Shown: positions 30,172-40,058, counted from the first letter of the stretch. The stretch: 64,000 nt of DNA from an uncultured Eubacteriales bacterium (GCA_902787375.1 CADAGD010000013.1:3375-67374); one strand, 5' to 3'. Notes: generated by a model not told the origin, from the letters alone. A program made the numbers and translations.

Positions 30172-32365
30172 CGTCGGAGGAAAGCTGCATAAGAAAGCAT
30201 TTCAGCGCGCTGTATCTCTTCATACCATTATTATTCTTGACCATTTCGCTGACACACCTTGCCGAGCCCACGATGTACACATGGTTCTTTGCCCTTGTGA
30301 CGGCAGTATAGAGTATGTTGCGGTTCATCAGCATCGGAGGCCCGTAAACAAGCGGAAGTATGACCGTTGAAAACTCGCTTCCCTGGCTCTTGTGTACGGA
30401 TATTGCGTAAGCAAGTTCTATTTCCTCAAGCTTGTCATGGTCATACTCAGCCAATCTCTCATCATCGAAAAGCACCTTCACAACGGAGCGTTTCCGGTCG
30501 ATATCCATTATGGTTCCGATATCCCCGTTAAACACGCCTACGCCCTCCTCGGACGCTGCTCCAAACTTCTTTCGTTTCCATTCCAAGAGGTAATTGTTCT
30601 TCGTCTGCATTACTCTGTCGCCTTCACGCAGCACCGTATCGCCGTAATTCAGCTCTTTTTTCTCATCAGTTTTAGGATTGATGACCTGCTGAAGAACCGA
30701 GTTGAGATTGTTTACCCCAAGTATGTTCGCCTTCATCGGCGCAAGCACCTGAAAATCTCCGCCGGAGCCCGTTTGGGCAAACTGTTTGCACATATCAACT
30801 ACGGTATTCAACGCGCGCTCCATATCGGGGCGGCTGATAAAAACAAAGTCCGTTTCATTGTCATCCGTCACGGGAACCATGCCATGATTTATCCTGTGAG
30901 CGTTTATAACTATCATGCTTCTGCCCGCCTGACGGTATATGTCCGTCAGCCTTATGACAGGAAGCGCGTTTGAGAGTATTATATCCCTAAGCACATTGCC
31001 CGCTCCTACCGAAGGAAGCTGGTCGAAATCGCCCACCATTATAAGCCTTGTTCCGTCGGCAACAGCTTTGAGCATGGAATAGAACAGCGATATATCGACC
31101 ATGCTCATCTCGTCGATTATTATGACGTCGGCGTCTATCGGGTTGGTTTCATCCCTTGCAAAATCCTCTTCGCCAAAGCCTCCGTATTCAAGAAGCCGAT
31201 GTATCGTCCTTGCCTCTCTGCCCGTTGTATCGGTTATCCTTTTGGCAGCCCTTCCCGTCGGAGCGGCAAGCTCTATTTTGAGCTTCATGCCTTCCATAAG
31301 CTCCAGAATAAAGCGTATTATAGTCGTCTTTCCCGTTCCGGGGCCGCCTGTAATAACGATGCTGCCGCCCTGTATTGACTCCTTGACCGCCTGTCTTTGC
31401 TTGCCATCGAGCTTTATTCCGAATTTTTGCTCAAGACGGTCTATCTCGCCGTCAAAATCGAAAAGCGGAAGCACCTTCGCGTTGTTCACTATATCCATCA
31501 GCGCAACAGCCGACTGCATCTCCTGATAATGAATGTATGAGAGGAAAACATAATCGTCGTCCTCCAGCTTCTTTTCAACAAGCTCCCCCGCGACTATCAT
31601 GCTTTCAAGCTGGACTTCCGTTGGGATTATATCCACACCGAGAGTCTCATTCGCCGCCCTCTCAACAAGCAGCTCTCGCGGAAGGCAGGTGTGTCCGTCA
31701 TTCCTCGCTTCCATAAGCGTATGCCGTATACCCGCCTTTATTCTGAAAGGAGAGTCATATTCAAAGCCCGCGTTTCTGGCTATCCTGTCCGCGGTTTTAA
31801 AGCCTATTGATTCAAAATCCGCAATAAGACGGTATGGGTTCTCCTTTATGACCTGCACGCAGTTCTCGCCATACAGCTTATATATCCTGCTTGCCTGATT
31901 GATGCCGAATCCAAGCTCCTGCATTCCTATGAATATTTCCTGCACATCCCGCTTTTCCATGAATGAATCATGTATCATTCGGGATTTCTTCTCGCCTATT
32001 CCGGATATGCGCTGTAGTTTTTGGGGCTCCTTCTCGATAATCTCAAGCGCGGACTCCCCAAACTCGGCGATTATCGCCTTCGCTGTCGGCACTCCGACAC
32101 CCCTTATTAAGCCGCTTGAAAGATATTTGAAAACCGTTTCAGCCGAATCAGGCGCGACCGATTGGTATTCCTTAACGGAGAACTGTTTGCCATAGGTTCT
32201 GTGTACCGTCCAATCCCCCGTCAGCTCAAGCTTCTCACCCTCATACGCGGAGGGCAAAGCTCCTACGCCGACAAACCGCATATTCGTTTCGTCAACAAAA
32301 TCTATGACAGCCCATCCGCTGTCACTTCTGTATTTTATTCGGTTTACAAGTGCCTTTATCTGCAT
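30158..32365 (-). CDS. recD2: ATP-dependent RecD-like DNA helicase (RecD2)
   Basis: Walker A GGPGTGKTT, Walker B IIIDEMSMVD, motif VHKSQGSEF. The start is taken at ATG 32365 (MQIKALVN). Confidence 0.9.
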   Translation of the reverse strand: MQIKALVNRIKYRSDSGWAVIDFVDETNMRFVGVGALPSAYEGEKLELTGDWTVHRTYGKQFSVKEYQSVAPDSAETVFKYLSSGLIRGVGVPTAKAIIAEFGESALEIIEKEPQKLQRISGIGEKKSRMIHDSFMEKRDVQEIFIGMQELGFGINQASRIYKLYGENCVQVIKENPYRLIADFESIGFKTADRIARNAGFEYDSPFRIKAGIRHTLMEARNDGHTCLPRELLVERAANETLGVDIIPTEVQLESMIVAGELVEKKLEDDDYVFLSYIHYQEMQSAVALMDIVNNAKVLPLFDFDGEIDRLEQKFGIKLDGKQRQAVKESIQGGSIVITGGPGTGKTTIIRFILELMEGMKLKIELAAPTGRAAKRITDTTGREARTIHRLLEYGGFGEEDFARDETNPIDADVIIIDEMSMVDISLFYSMLKAVADGTRLIMVGDFDQLPSVGAGNVLRDIILSNALPVIRLTDIYRQAGRSMIVINAHRINHGMVPVTDDNETDFVFISRPDMERALNTVVDMCKQFAQTGSGGDFQVLAPMKANILGVNNLNSVLQQVINPKTDEKKELNYGDTVLREGDRVMQTKNNYLLEWKRKKFGAASEEGVGVFNGDIGTIMDIDRKRSVVKVLFDDERLAEYDHDKLEEIELAYAISVHKSQGSEFSTVILPLVYGPPMLMNRNILYTAVTRAKNHVYIVGSARCVSEMVKNNNGMKRYSALKCFLMQLSSDDVDA

Positions 32366-32514
32366 GTGTCTATTATAGCATATACAGCGTTTATTTGGCA
32401 ATAAGCAACCGTGCTTTTGAGTATTTTTTAATCTTCAAACGTACTGCTTTTACAGCGTATGCAGACAGGGAGCATATGAAAAGGTACCAAAGCCGAAAAC
32501 TTCTTCCTTTTATG

Positions 32515-32543
32515 TTGAAAAAAGACTTACTCTGATTTATAAT
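32515..32543 (+). promoter_or_regulatory. Sigma-A promoter of the UPF0597-folD unit
   Basis: TTGAAA (32515-32520), 17-nt spacer, TATAAT (32538-32543). A GGAGG RBS precedes the ATG at 32574. Confidence 0.6.
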
Positions 32544-32573
32544 AAGGTGTACTAATTAAACGGAGGTTCTCAT

Positions 32574-33866
32574 ATGCTTTCTACCGATTCAAGATACAGG
32601 GCATATATCGACATCTTAAAAGAGGAACTCGTCCCCGCGATGGGATGTACCGAACCAATAGCTATAGCTTTCGCGGCAGCCAAGGCAAGGTCCGTCTTGG
32701 GCGATATGCCTGACAGGGTGGATATCTGGGTCAGCGGAAACATCATCAAGAACGTCAAGTCGGTAATCGTTCCCAACACAGGTTCCTTAAAGGGCATTGA
32801 GGCTGCCGCCGCAGCGGGCATTGTCGCCGGCGAATCCGATCGTGTACTGGAAGTGCTTGCAAATGTCTCGGATGATGTCAAGCCCCTCATCAAGGAATTT
32901 TTGAAGAACACTCCCATCAAAGTTTATCCGTCCGAGGCGGAGGTCATTTTCGATATTGACGTCAAGCTGTACAGGGGAGAAAGCTATTGCCGTCTGCGCA
33001 TCAAGGATTATCATACAAATGTCGTGCTGATAGAGAAGGATGGCGAAACGCTCTTCAAGGCTCCTGAGATCGAGCTTTCATCGCAGGGCTTGACGGACAG
33101 GGGCTTGCTTACGATTAAGGACATAGTGGATTTTGCCAACACGGTCGATCTTGACGAGGTTAGGGAGGTTTTGAACCGTCAGATAGAATACAATACCGCC
33201 ATAGCAAACGAGGGCATACGCGGAAGCTGGGGTGCAAGAATAGGCCGTGTTCTGCTCGATGTCTACGGCTATGACGTCAAAATAAGGGCTAAAGCAATGG
33301 CGGCGGCAGGCTCCGACGCCCGAATGAGCGGCTGTGAGATGCCCGTTATAATCGTTTCCGGCTCAGGCAATCAGGGCATGGCGGCATCCCTCCCCGTTAT
33401 CGTGTATGCACGCGAATATGACGTCGGCGAAGACAAGCTTTTAAGAGCCCTTTGCGTATCAAACCTCGTCACTATACATCAGAAAACATGGATAGGCCGT
33501 CTGTCCGCCTTCTGCGGGGCGGTAAACGCCGGCTGCGGCGCGGGAGCGGGTATTGCCTATCTGCTTGGCGGAGGTTATGATATTGTCGCTCACACTCTCG
33601 TCAACTCGCTTGCCATTGTCAGCGGCATCGTCTGCGACGGTGCAAAGCCGAGCTGTGCCGCTAAAATCGCCTCCGCTGTGGATGCCGGTATCCTCGGTTA
33701 TCAGATGTACGTTCGCGGAATGGAATTCCAAGGCGGCGACGGGATAATCTCAAAGGGCGTCGAGAATACCATCGCCAATATAGGCAGGCTCGGCAAGGAC
33801 GGTATGCGTGAAACAGATCGGGAGATACTGAGAATAATGCTTGCAAACGGCAATAATCTTGAATAA
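32574..33866 (+). CDS. UPF0597 / serine-dehydratase-alpha-like protein (YhaM/CyuA-type L-cysteine desulfidase family)
   Basis: N-terminal string VPAMGCTEPIAIAFAAAKA, plus Gly/Ala-rich and Cys-containing segments typical of the family. 430 aa. Confidence 0.7.
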   Translation: MLSTDSRYRAYIDILKEELVPAMGCTEPIAIAFAAAKARSVLGDMPDRVDIWVSGNIIKNVKSVIVPNTGSLKGIEAAAAAGIVAGESDRVLEVLANVSDDVKPLIKEFLKNTPIKVYPSEAEVIFDIDVKLYRGESYCRLRIKDYHTNVVLIEKDGETLFKAPEIELSSQGLTDRGLLTIKDIVDFANTVDLDEVREVLNRQIEYNTAIANEGIRGSWGARIGRVLLDVYGYDVKIRAKAMAAAGSDARMSGCEMPVIIVSGSGNQGMAASLPVIVYAREYDVGEDKLLRALCVSNLVTIHQKTWIGRLSAFCGAVNAGCGAGAGIAYLLGGGYDIVAHTLVNSLAIVSGIVCDGAKPSCAAKIASAVDAGILGYQMYVRGMEFQGGDGIISKGVENTIANIGRLGKDGMRETDREILRIMLANGNNLE

Positions 33867-33875
33867 GAGGGTAAA

Positions 33876-34739
33876 ATGGCTGAAATCTTAAAGGGAATTG
33901 ATGTAACCTCATCCATCAACAGCAGAACCTGCTCACTTGTCAACGAGCTGCGCTCAAAGGGTGTAATACCTACTCTCTGCATAATCCGTGTGGGCGAAAA
34001 GCCCGATGACCTGACATATGAGAACGGTGCTGTAAAACGTGCTTCCACGGTTGGCGTTGATGTCGTAAAGAGAGTGTTTCCCGTCGATGTATCCGAGGAA
34101 AAGCTCATATCGACAATACAGGATATTAACAACGATGCCGGCATTCACGGTGTTCTGATTTTCAGGCCGCTTCCCAAGCATATCAACGAAGCCCGTGTAT
34201 GCAACGCTCTTAATCCCGCCAAGGATATGGACGGCATAACCGATATAAGCATGGCGGGCGTGTATTCCCAAAAGCCCCTCGGATATCCTCCCTGCACGGC
34301 TCAGGCGGTGCTTGAACTCTTGTCCCATTACGGAATAGAGCTTTGCGGTAAGAACGTCACCGTTATCGGTAGAAGTCTTGTCATCGGGAAGCCGGTATCC
34401 ATGATGCTCCTCAAAAGCAACGCCACCGTAACTATCTGCCATACGAGAACAAAGCACCTCTCCGAAGTGGCAAGGAAGGCTGATATAATAGTCGCCGCCG
34501 CCGGATGCGCTCGTATGGTAACGAAGGATTTCGTTCGTGATGAACAGGTAATCGTGGATGTCGGCATCAACTGGGACGATGCCGCGGGACGTATAGTCGG
34601 TGATGTTGATTTCGATTCCGTATCCGATATTGTCAGCGCGATAACGCCGGTTCCCGGCGGAGTAGGCGGAGTGACAACAAGCGTGCTGATGAGCCATGTT
34701 GCCGAAGCCGCAAGGTTAATGTGCAAAACAGAAGAATAA
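33876..34739 (+). CDS. folD: Bifunctional methylenetetrahydrofolate dehydrogenase/cyclohydrolase
   Basis: GRSLVIGKPVSMML, VTICHTRTK, PVPGGVGGVT. Confidence 0.95.
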   Translation: MAEILKGIDVTSSINSRTCSLVNELRSKGVIPTLCIIRVGEKPDDLTYENGAVKRASTVGVDVVKRVFPVDVSEEKLISTIQDINNDAGIHGVLIFRPLPKHINEARVCNALNPAKDMDGITDISMAGVYSQKPLGYPPCTAQAVLELLSHYGIELCGKNVTVIGRSLVIGKPVSMMLLKSNATVTICHTRTKHLSEVARKADIIVAAAGCARMVTKDFVRDEQVIVDVGINWDDAAGRIVGDVDFDSVSDIVSAITPVPGGVGGVTTSVLMSHVAEAARLMCKTEE

Positions 34740-34755
34740 ATCGTATTGATGTGAC

Positions 34756-34793
34756 AAAGGGCATCCCGGAAAAATCCGAAATGCCCTTTTATT
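34756..34793. terminator. Terminator between convergent folD and yajC
   Basis: Stem AAAGGGCAT (34756-34764) / ATGCCCTTT (34781-34789), followed by TTATT. Confidence 0.6.
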
Positions 34794-34804
34794 GAGCCTG
34801 TTTT

Positions 34805-35224
34805 TTATTTTACTTCCTTTACTTCGCCGTCGATGGTCGTTTCAACGGGAGCATCCTCAATGGTGGCAATAGCCGCCCTTGCGAAAACAAGGCGAACCTT
34901 GTCGGGGCCGACGCTGACTGTGACAACGTCATCCTTGACGCTTGTGACCGTGCCGTAGATACCGCCTATTGTGCGAACCCTATCACCCGCCTTGAGAGCG
35001 GAAAGCATTTCCTTGACCTTTTTTTCACGCTTGCGCTGGGGAATGGACATTACAAAAAACAAGCCTATCATAAGGACAAGCATTATTATCAGAGTCCAAC
35101 TGCCCATACCTCCGTTTGCCGCGGCTTCCGAGGATGCAGAACCGGTGTCTGCGCCTCCGCAGGATACCAGACTTGCCAATACTGCGGGATTAAAAAGACT
35201 GAACATATTCAAAATACCTTTCAT
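34805..35224 (-). CDS. yajC: Preprotein translocase subunit YajC (start uncertain; long form carries a lipobox-like N-terminus)
   Basis: YajC core LFFVMSIPQRKREKKVKEMLSALKAGDRVRTIGGIYGTV. Three candidate starts: M1 (no SD), M7, or M40. Confidence 0.8.
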   Translation of the reverse strand: MKGILNMFSLFNPAVLASLVSCGGADTGSASSEAAANGGMGSWTLIIMLVLMIGLFFVMSIPQRKREKKVKEMLSALKAGDRVRTIGGIYGTVTSVKDDVVTVSVGPDKVRLVFARAAIATIEDAPVETTIDGEVKEVK

Positions 35225-35274
35225 GTTTCGGCAATGCCGTAATACTTCATTTAATTATGTGCGTATAAAACGCA

Positions 35275-36009
35275 TTATTCCTGTTTTGCATATCCATGCT
35301 GCTCCAGAAATTCCACATCCGACTTTGAAAGCCGGGCGCCTTCAAGAAGCTCCGGACGCATCTTTAATGTTTTGAGGAGGGACTGCTGTCTGCGCCACTT
35401 GTTGATCTCGGCATGGTTGCCGTTTAAAAGCACCTCAGGAACCAATCTTCCTCTGAAATCCGCAGGACGTGTATACTGCGGATACTCCAGCAGACCGTCA
35501 TTGGAGAAGCTCTCATCCTCAGCCGATTCGCTGCATCCAAGCACACCGGGAATGAATCTCGCAAGGCAGTCAACCAGCACCATGGCAGGAAGCTCGCCTC
35601 CCGTAAGCACATAGTCGCCTATTGAAATCTCATCGTCGATCAATTCCGATATGCGTTCGTCGAGGCCCTCATAATGCCCCGCAAGTATGACTATCCTCTC
35701 CTCTTTGGCAAGCTCCCTTGCCATATCGGGAGTCAGCGTCCTTCCCCTCGGAGTCATGAGTATGCGCCTTGCACTTTCACCATTCAGCACGGCTTCCATA
35801 CAATCGAATATGGGCTGAGCCATCATAACCATACCCGCTCCGCCGCCAAAGGCATAGTCGTCCGTGTTATGATGCTTGTTCTGCGAATACTCGCGTATAT
35901 CATGCGTATGGAATGAGAGTATGCCCTTGCTTTCGGCGCGACCGAGCATACTTGTATGGAAAACACCTTCAAACATCTCAGGAAAAAGCGTAAGAACATC
36001 AATCCTCAT
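35275..36009 (-). CDS. trmD: tRNA (guanine37-N1)-methyltransferase
   Basis: MRIDVLTLFPEMF from ATG 36009, and YVLTGGELPAMV. Overlaps the rimM end by 11 nt. Confidence 0.95.
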   Translation of the reverse strand: MRIDVLTLFPEMFEGVFHTSMLGRAESKGILSFHTHDIREYSQNKHHNTDDYAFGGGAGMVMMAQPIFDCMEAVLNGESARRILMTPRGRTLTPDMARELAKEERIVILAGHYEGLDERISELIDDEISIGDYVLTGGELPAMVLVDCLARFIPGVLGCSESAEDESFSNDGLLEYPQYTRPADFRGRLVPEVLLNGNHAEINKWRRQQSLLKTLKMRPELLEGARLSKSDVEFLEQHGYAKQE

Positions 36010-36514
36010 ACAAGCCCACCTCAGAAAGCACATCCGCATCCAGCACAATATGTTTATTCTCAATATCAACACTGCTGAGAAGCTTTTTCAATGCCGGTAC
36101 CAGTAGACGCCTTCTGCCATCTATAACATAGACGTCATTGGCGTTCGTTTCAAGAACGTCCGAAACCCTGCCAAGCTCCATACCATCCGTGGACGTCACT
36201 TCACACCCTATTATATCCGATATGAAATACGTCCCCGCGGGCAGCTTTACCGCGTGGCTCCTGTCAACACAGAGATAAAGCCCGCGCAGCTTCTCCGCGT
36301 CCTCCGGCGTATCACAGCCCTTGATATGCAAAACGACGGCGTCGGAGACATTCTTCGAGCCGTCTACGATTACGGTCTCGTATTGCCCTGCGCGCTCCAC
36401 ATACGCCTCACGCAGACGCTTGAAGCGTGAAACATCATCCGTCAGCGGATAGACCTTGACCTCTCCCTTTATGCCATGGGGTCGGAGTATTTGGGCAATA
36501 CGAAAGTAATCCAT
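35999..36514 (-). CDS. rimM: 16S rRNA processing protein RimM
   Basis: RPHGIKGEVKV string. Sits in the rpsP-KH-rimM-trmD order. Confidence 0.9.
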   Translation of the reverse strand: MDYFRIAQILRPHGIKGEVKVYPLTDDVSRFKRLREAYVERAGQYETVIVDGSKNVSDAVVLHIKGCDTPEDAEKLRGLYLCVDRSHAVKLPAGTYFISDIIGCEVTSTDGMELGRVSDVLETNANDVYVIDGRRRLLVPALKKLLSSVDIENKHIVLDADVLSEVGLYED

Positions 36515-36516
36515 GT

Positions 36517-36777
36517 TTAAACTATTTCTACAATATACTTTTTCTCGGACTTGACAGAGGCGGCGCGTACAACAGTCCTTATAGCCTTGGCTATACGACC
36601 CTGCTTGCCTATGACCTTGCCCATGTCGTCCTTTGAAACTGTAAGCTCTATAACTATGGCGTCATCCTCGCCCGGCTTGCTTGAAACCTTGACCTCATCG
36701 GGTTCGTCAACAAGATTTCTCGCAATGTATTCAACGAGCGCAGCCATGCCATCACTGCTTATGACCTTTTCTTCCAT
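36517..36777 (-). CDS. KH-domain RNA-binding protein (YlqC family)
   Basis: LVEYIARNLVDEPDEVKV and GKVIGKQGRIAKAIRTV (GxxG KH loop). Lies between rpsP and rimM. Confidence 0.85.
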   Translation of the reverse strand: MEEKVISSDGMAALVEYIARNLVDEPDEVKVSSKPGEDDAIVIELTVSKDDMGKVIGKQGRIAKAIRTVVRAASVKSEKKYIVEIV

Positions 36778-36794
36778 CTGATGACGATGCCTTA

Positions 36795-37037
36795 TTATTC
36801 AATAGCGCCGGACTTCTTGAGAAGGGAGCGGACGGTATCGGTGGGCTGTGCGCCGTTCTTCATCCAAGTGCGTGCCTTTTCAACATCAATCTTCAGCTCG
36901 ACGGGCTCGGAGATGGGATTGTAATAGCCGATTTCCTCAACGAAAGCACCGTTCCTGGGAGCGCGGGAGTCCGCAACAACAACACGGTAGAAAGGAGCCT
37001 TCTTAGCGCCCATACGACGAAGCCTGATCTTTAACAT
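36795..37037 (-). CDS. rpsP: 30S ribosomal protein S16
   Basis: [25 protein letters not shown]. 80 aa. Confidence 0.95.
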   Translation of the reverse strand: MLKIRLRRMGAKKAPFYRVVVADSRAPRNGAFVEEIGYYNPISEPVELKIDVEKARTWMKNGAQPTDTVRSLLKKSGAIE

Positions 37038-37136
37038 AGTAAGTAACCTCCTGAAGTTTTATTATATAAGCTTTAATCTATATCCATACGGCGTAAGCCG
37101 ATAATGGTTCGTTGTTTTGACTGTCTTTGGGGAATA

Positions 37137-38471
37137 TCAGAAGCCGAAAAAGCCTTTCTTCCCCTTCTTTTTAATTCTTCCGCCCGTGAGCTTGCGCATC
37201 ATCTGGCGTGTGGATTCAAACTGATTGAGCAAACGGTTTACCTCTTGAACGGTGGTTCCGCTGCCGTTTGCAACGCGGCGTTTGCGGCTCGCGTTGAGCA
37301 TATCCGGCTTTGCTCTTTCCGCGGGCGTCATGGATTTTATTATCGCCTCCATGCGTCCTATCGCCTTTGTATCGACCTGAGCGTCCTTGAGCTTATCCGC
37401 TTTAAGCCCCGGTATCATGCCCACAAGCTCCTCAAGGGAGCCCATGTTCTTGACCTGCTCAAACTGCTCAAGGAAATCATCCAGCGTAAACTCATCCTTG
37501 CGGATCTTATTCGTAAGCTCCAACGCCTTCTTTTCATCGAAAGCCTGCTCCGCTTTCTCAATGAGCGAGAGCATATCTCCCATGCCGAGTATCCTCGAAG
37601 CCATCCTATCGGGATGGAACACCTCGATATCCGTGAGCTTTTCGCCTGTTCCCGAAAACTTTATTGGCTGCCCGGTGACTTCCCTTACCGACAATGCCGC
37701 GCCGCCCCTTGTATCGCCGTCAAGCTTCGTCAGTATGACGCCCGTAAGTCCGAGCTTTTCATGGAATGACTTCGCTACATTTACGGCATCCTGTCCTGTC
37801 ATGGCGTCAACAACGAGAAGCACCTCGGATGGATTTGTCGCCTGCTTGACAGCGGCTATCTCATCCATCATCGCTTCATCTATATGCAGACGTCCCGCCG
37901 TGTCAATTATGACCACGTCTATGAAGCTGCGTTCGGCGTATTCTATCGCAAGCTTGGCGGTTTCAACGGGATCGCTCTGGCCTCTTTCAAAGACCTTGAC
38001 GCCCGCTCTCTCACCCACGACCTTTAACTGCTCGATAGCGGCCGGACGGTATATATCGCAGGCGACGAGCAATGTGTCCTTCGACTGATGCTTTTTAAGA
38101 TACGCCGCGAGCTTTCCCGCCATTGTCGTTTTGCCCGCGCCCTGCAAGCCCGAAAGCAGGAATACCGAAGGTTTTTTAGAGCCGTAATCCAACTTGGCAG
38201 CAGAGCCGCCCATGAGCTTTGTAAGCTCCTCGTTGACTATCTTTATTACCTGCTGCGCAGGCGTAAGGCTTTCAAGCACCTCACTTCCGACAGCCCTTTC
38301 GCTGACCTGATTTACAAACTTCTTGACGACGGTATAGTTTACATCCGCCTCAAGCAAAGCGAGCTTTACCTCGCGCAGGGCCTCCTTGACCTCTTTTTCG
38401 GTCAGCTTGCCCTTATTGCCCAGTTTTTTAAATATGTTTTGAAGCTTAGAAGCCAATCCGTCAAATGCCAT
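37137..38471 (-). CDS. ffh: Signal recognition particle protein
   Basis: GLQGAGKTTMAGKLA, DTAGRLH, and a Met-rich M domain. Confidence 0.97.
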   Translation of the reverse strand: MAFDGLASKLQNIFKKLGNKGKLTEKEVKEALREVKLALLEADVNYTVVKKFVNQVSERAVGSEVLESLTPAQQVIKIVNEELTKLMGGSAAKLDYGSKKPSVFLLSGLQGAGKTTMAGKLAAYLKKHQSKDTLLVACDIYRPAAIEQLKVVGERAGVKVFERGQSDPVETAKLAIEYAERSFIDVVIIDTAGRLHIDEAMMDEIAAVKQATNPSEVLLVVDAMTGQDAVNVAKSFHEKLGLTGVILTKLDGDTRGGAALSVREVTGQPIKFSGTGEKLTDIEVFHPDRMASRILGMGDMLSLIEKAEQAFDEKKALELTNKIRKDEFTLDDFLEQFEQVKNMGSLEELVGMIPGLKADKLKDAQVDTKAIGRMEAIIKSMTPAERAKPDMLNASRKRRVANGSGTTVQEVNRLLNQFESTRQMMRKLTGGRIKKKGKKGFFGF

Positions 38472-38507
38472 TTGATGCCTCCATTAATATAAACAGCTTT
38501 TGCGCGT

Positions 38508-38846
38508 CTACCTGATCAGCTCTCCGATGTCTCTCAACGCCTTTTCGACCGCGCTCTTAATGCCCTCAGCAGAACCGCTTTCCAGAGCCATGCCGAGCTC
38601 CTCCGCTACAGCACGGAGCTTTCTGTCATGCTCTACCAATCCGAGCTTTGAATCCATATCTTTAAGCTGGCTTGCCGCCTTCGCAAGACAATCCCTTACA
38701 GCTTGACGCGAAATGCCCTCCTGTTCGGCAATCTCGCTCAGCGACATATCCTCATCGGCACTCATCCTCATAAGCTCCGTCTGCCTTTGCGTCAGCACCT
38801 GTCCATAATAATCAAGCAAAAGGGATAGTTCGGTCTTATCGATCAC
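38508..38846 (-). CDS. ylxM: YlxM/UPF0122 putative DNA-binding protein
   Basis: Sigma-70 region-4-like HTH (MSLSEIAEQEGISRQAVRD). GTG start. Immediately upstream of ffh, as in Bacillus. Confidence 0.85.
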   Translation of the reverse strand: MIDKTELSLLLDYYGQVLTQRQTELMRMSADEDMSLSEIAEQEGISRQAVRDCLAKAASQLKDMDSKLGLVEHDRKLRAVAEELGMALESGSAEGIKSAVEKALRDIGELIR

Positions 38847-38887
38847 TGATCGTCACCACGCTTCACTGAAAGTCTGCTTTTAAGCCC

Positions 38888-38915
38888 AAGTGTAAAGCAT
38901 AATGACTTTACACTT
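38888..38915. repeat. Perfect 10-bp inverted repeat in the ylxM/plsX divergent control region
   Basis: AAGTGTAAAG (38888-38897), 8-nt spacer, CTTTACACTT (38906-38915). It lies just downstream of the putative ylxM -10 element. Confidence 0.8.
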
Positions 38916-38919
38916 GATA

Positions 38920-38947
38920 AGTATACACCATTTTTGTTCAAAGTCAA
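38920..38947 (-). promoter_or_regulatory. Sigma-A promoter of ylxM-ffh operon
   Basis: On the minus strand: TTGACT (38942-38947), 16-nt spacer, TATACT (38920-38925). Confidence 0.5.
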
Positions 38948-38969
38948 TGCAAATTATGAATATATTTGA

Positions 38970-38998
38970 TTGTAATTCCGGAGATTAGGTAGTATAAT
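38970..38998 (+). promoter_or_regulatory. Sigma-A promoter of plsX
   Basis: TTGTAA (38970-38975), 17-nt spacer, TATAAT (38993-38998). An AAGGAG RBS precedes the ATG at 39033. Confidence 0.55.
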
Positions 38999-39032
38999 AC
39001 AGGAAGCAACCTTATGATAAGGAGAATTTTAA

Positions 39033-40058
39033 ATGAAAATCGTAATAGACGCTTACGGCGGTGACAACGCTCCCCACGCAATAATCGAAGGCGTTTGCCT
39101 TGCTTTGAAAAAATGGAATGATTTCAGCGTTATACTTACCGGTGATGAGACCGGAATAGAGAACGAGCTGAAAAAGCACGAAGGCGTGGATACCGGCAGG
39201 GTATCAATAGTTCACGCGCCCGAAATAATAACATGCGACGAGAAGCCCACCATAGCGATAAAGAAGAAAAAGAACTCATCTCTTGTCGCGGCTATGGAAA
39301 TAATGTCGCGGCACGAAGCTGACTGCCTCATTTCCGCAGGAAGCACCGGTGCGGTTCTGACCGGAGCAACCCTCATTGTCAGACGCATTCCGGGAGTCAA
39401 GCGTCCCGCGCTCGCTCCCATAATGCCGACCGGAACAAAGCCCTTCCTGCTTCTTGATTGCGGCGCGAACGCTGACTGCAAGCCTGAGTATTTGCAGCAG
39501 TTTGCAATAATGGGCTCAACATATATGCAGAACGTCATGGGTATTTATAATCCCTCCGTTGCCCTTGTCAATAACGGCGAGGAAAAATCCAAGGGCAGCG
39601 AGCTTGCCAAGGCTTCATATGAGCTTATTTCAAAAACAGACGTATGCTTTGCGGGCAACTGCGAGGGACGCGAGATATTCTCCGGCAAATACGACGTCAT
39701 AGTAACCGACGGCTTTACCGGAAACGTCATACTTAAAGAGGCCGAGGGCTTTGCCATGGAGCTGTTCAAGATGCTGAAAAACGAGCTGCTTTCATCATTC
39801 AAGTCAAAGCTCGGAGCCGTGCTTTGCAAGTCCGCCTTCAAATCGGTAAAGAAGCTCATGGACTATACCGAGTATGGCGGAGCGCCCCTTCTCGGAATAA
39901 ACGGGGGCATCATAAAAGCTCACGGTTCAAGCGACGCCAAGGCAATAGTCTCCGCCGTGCTTCAGGCAAGGCGCTATGTTAACAGCGGCGTTACCGAAAA
40001 GATAGCCAAGAGCATCGCAAGTATTCCGGCCGAGGATACCGTTGTCGAAGGTCTATAG
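39033..40058 (+). CDS. plsX: Phosphate acyltransferase
   Basis: MKIVIDAYGGDNAP and GFTGNVILK strings. 341 aa. Confidence 0.95.
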   Translation: MKIVIDAYGGDNAPHAIIEGVCLALKKWNDFSVILTGDETGIENELKKHEGVDTGRVSIVHAPEIITCDEKPTIAIKKKKNSSLVAAMEIMSRHEADCLISAGSTGAVLTGATLIVRRIPGVKRPALAPIMPTGTKPFLLLDCGANADCKPEYLQQFAIMGSTYMQNVMGIYNPSVALVNNGEEKSKGSELAKASYELISKTDVCFAGNCEGREIFSGKYDVIVTDGFTGNVILKEAEGFAMELFKMLKNELLSSFKSKLGAVLCKSAFKSVKKLMDYTEYGGAPLLGINGGIIKAHGSSDAKAIVSAVLQARRYVNSGVTEKIAKSIASIPAEDTVVEGL

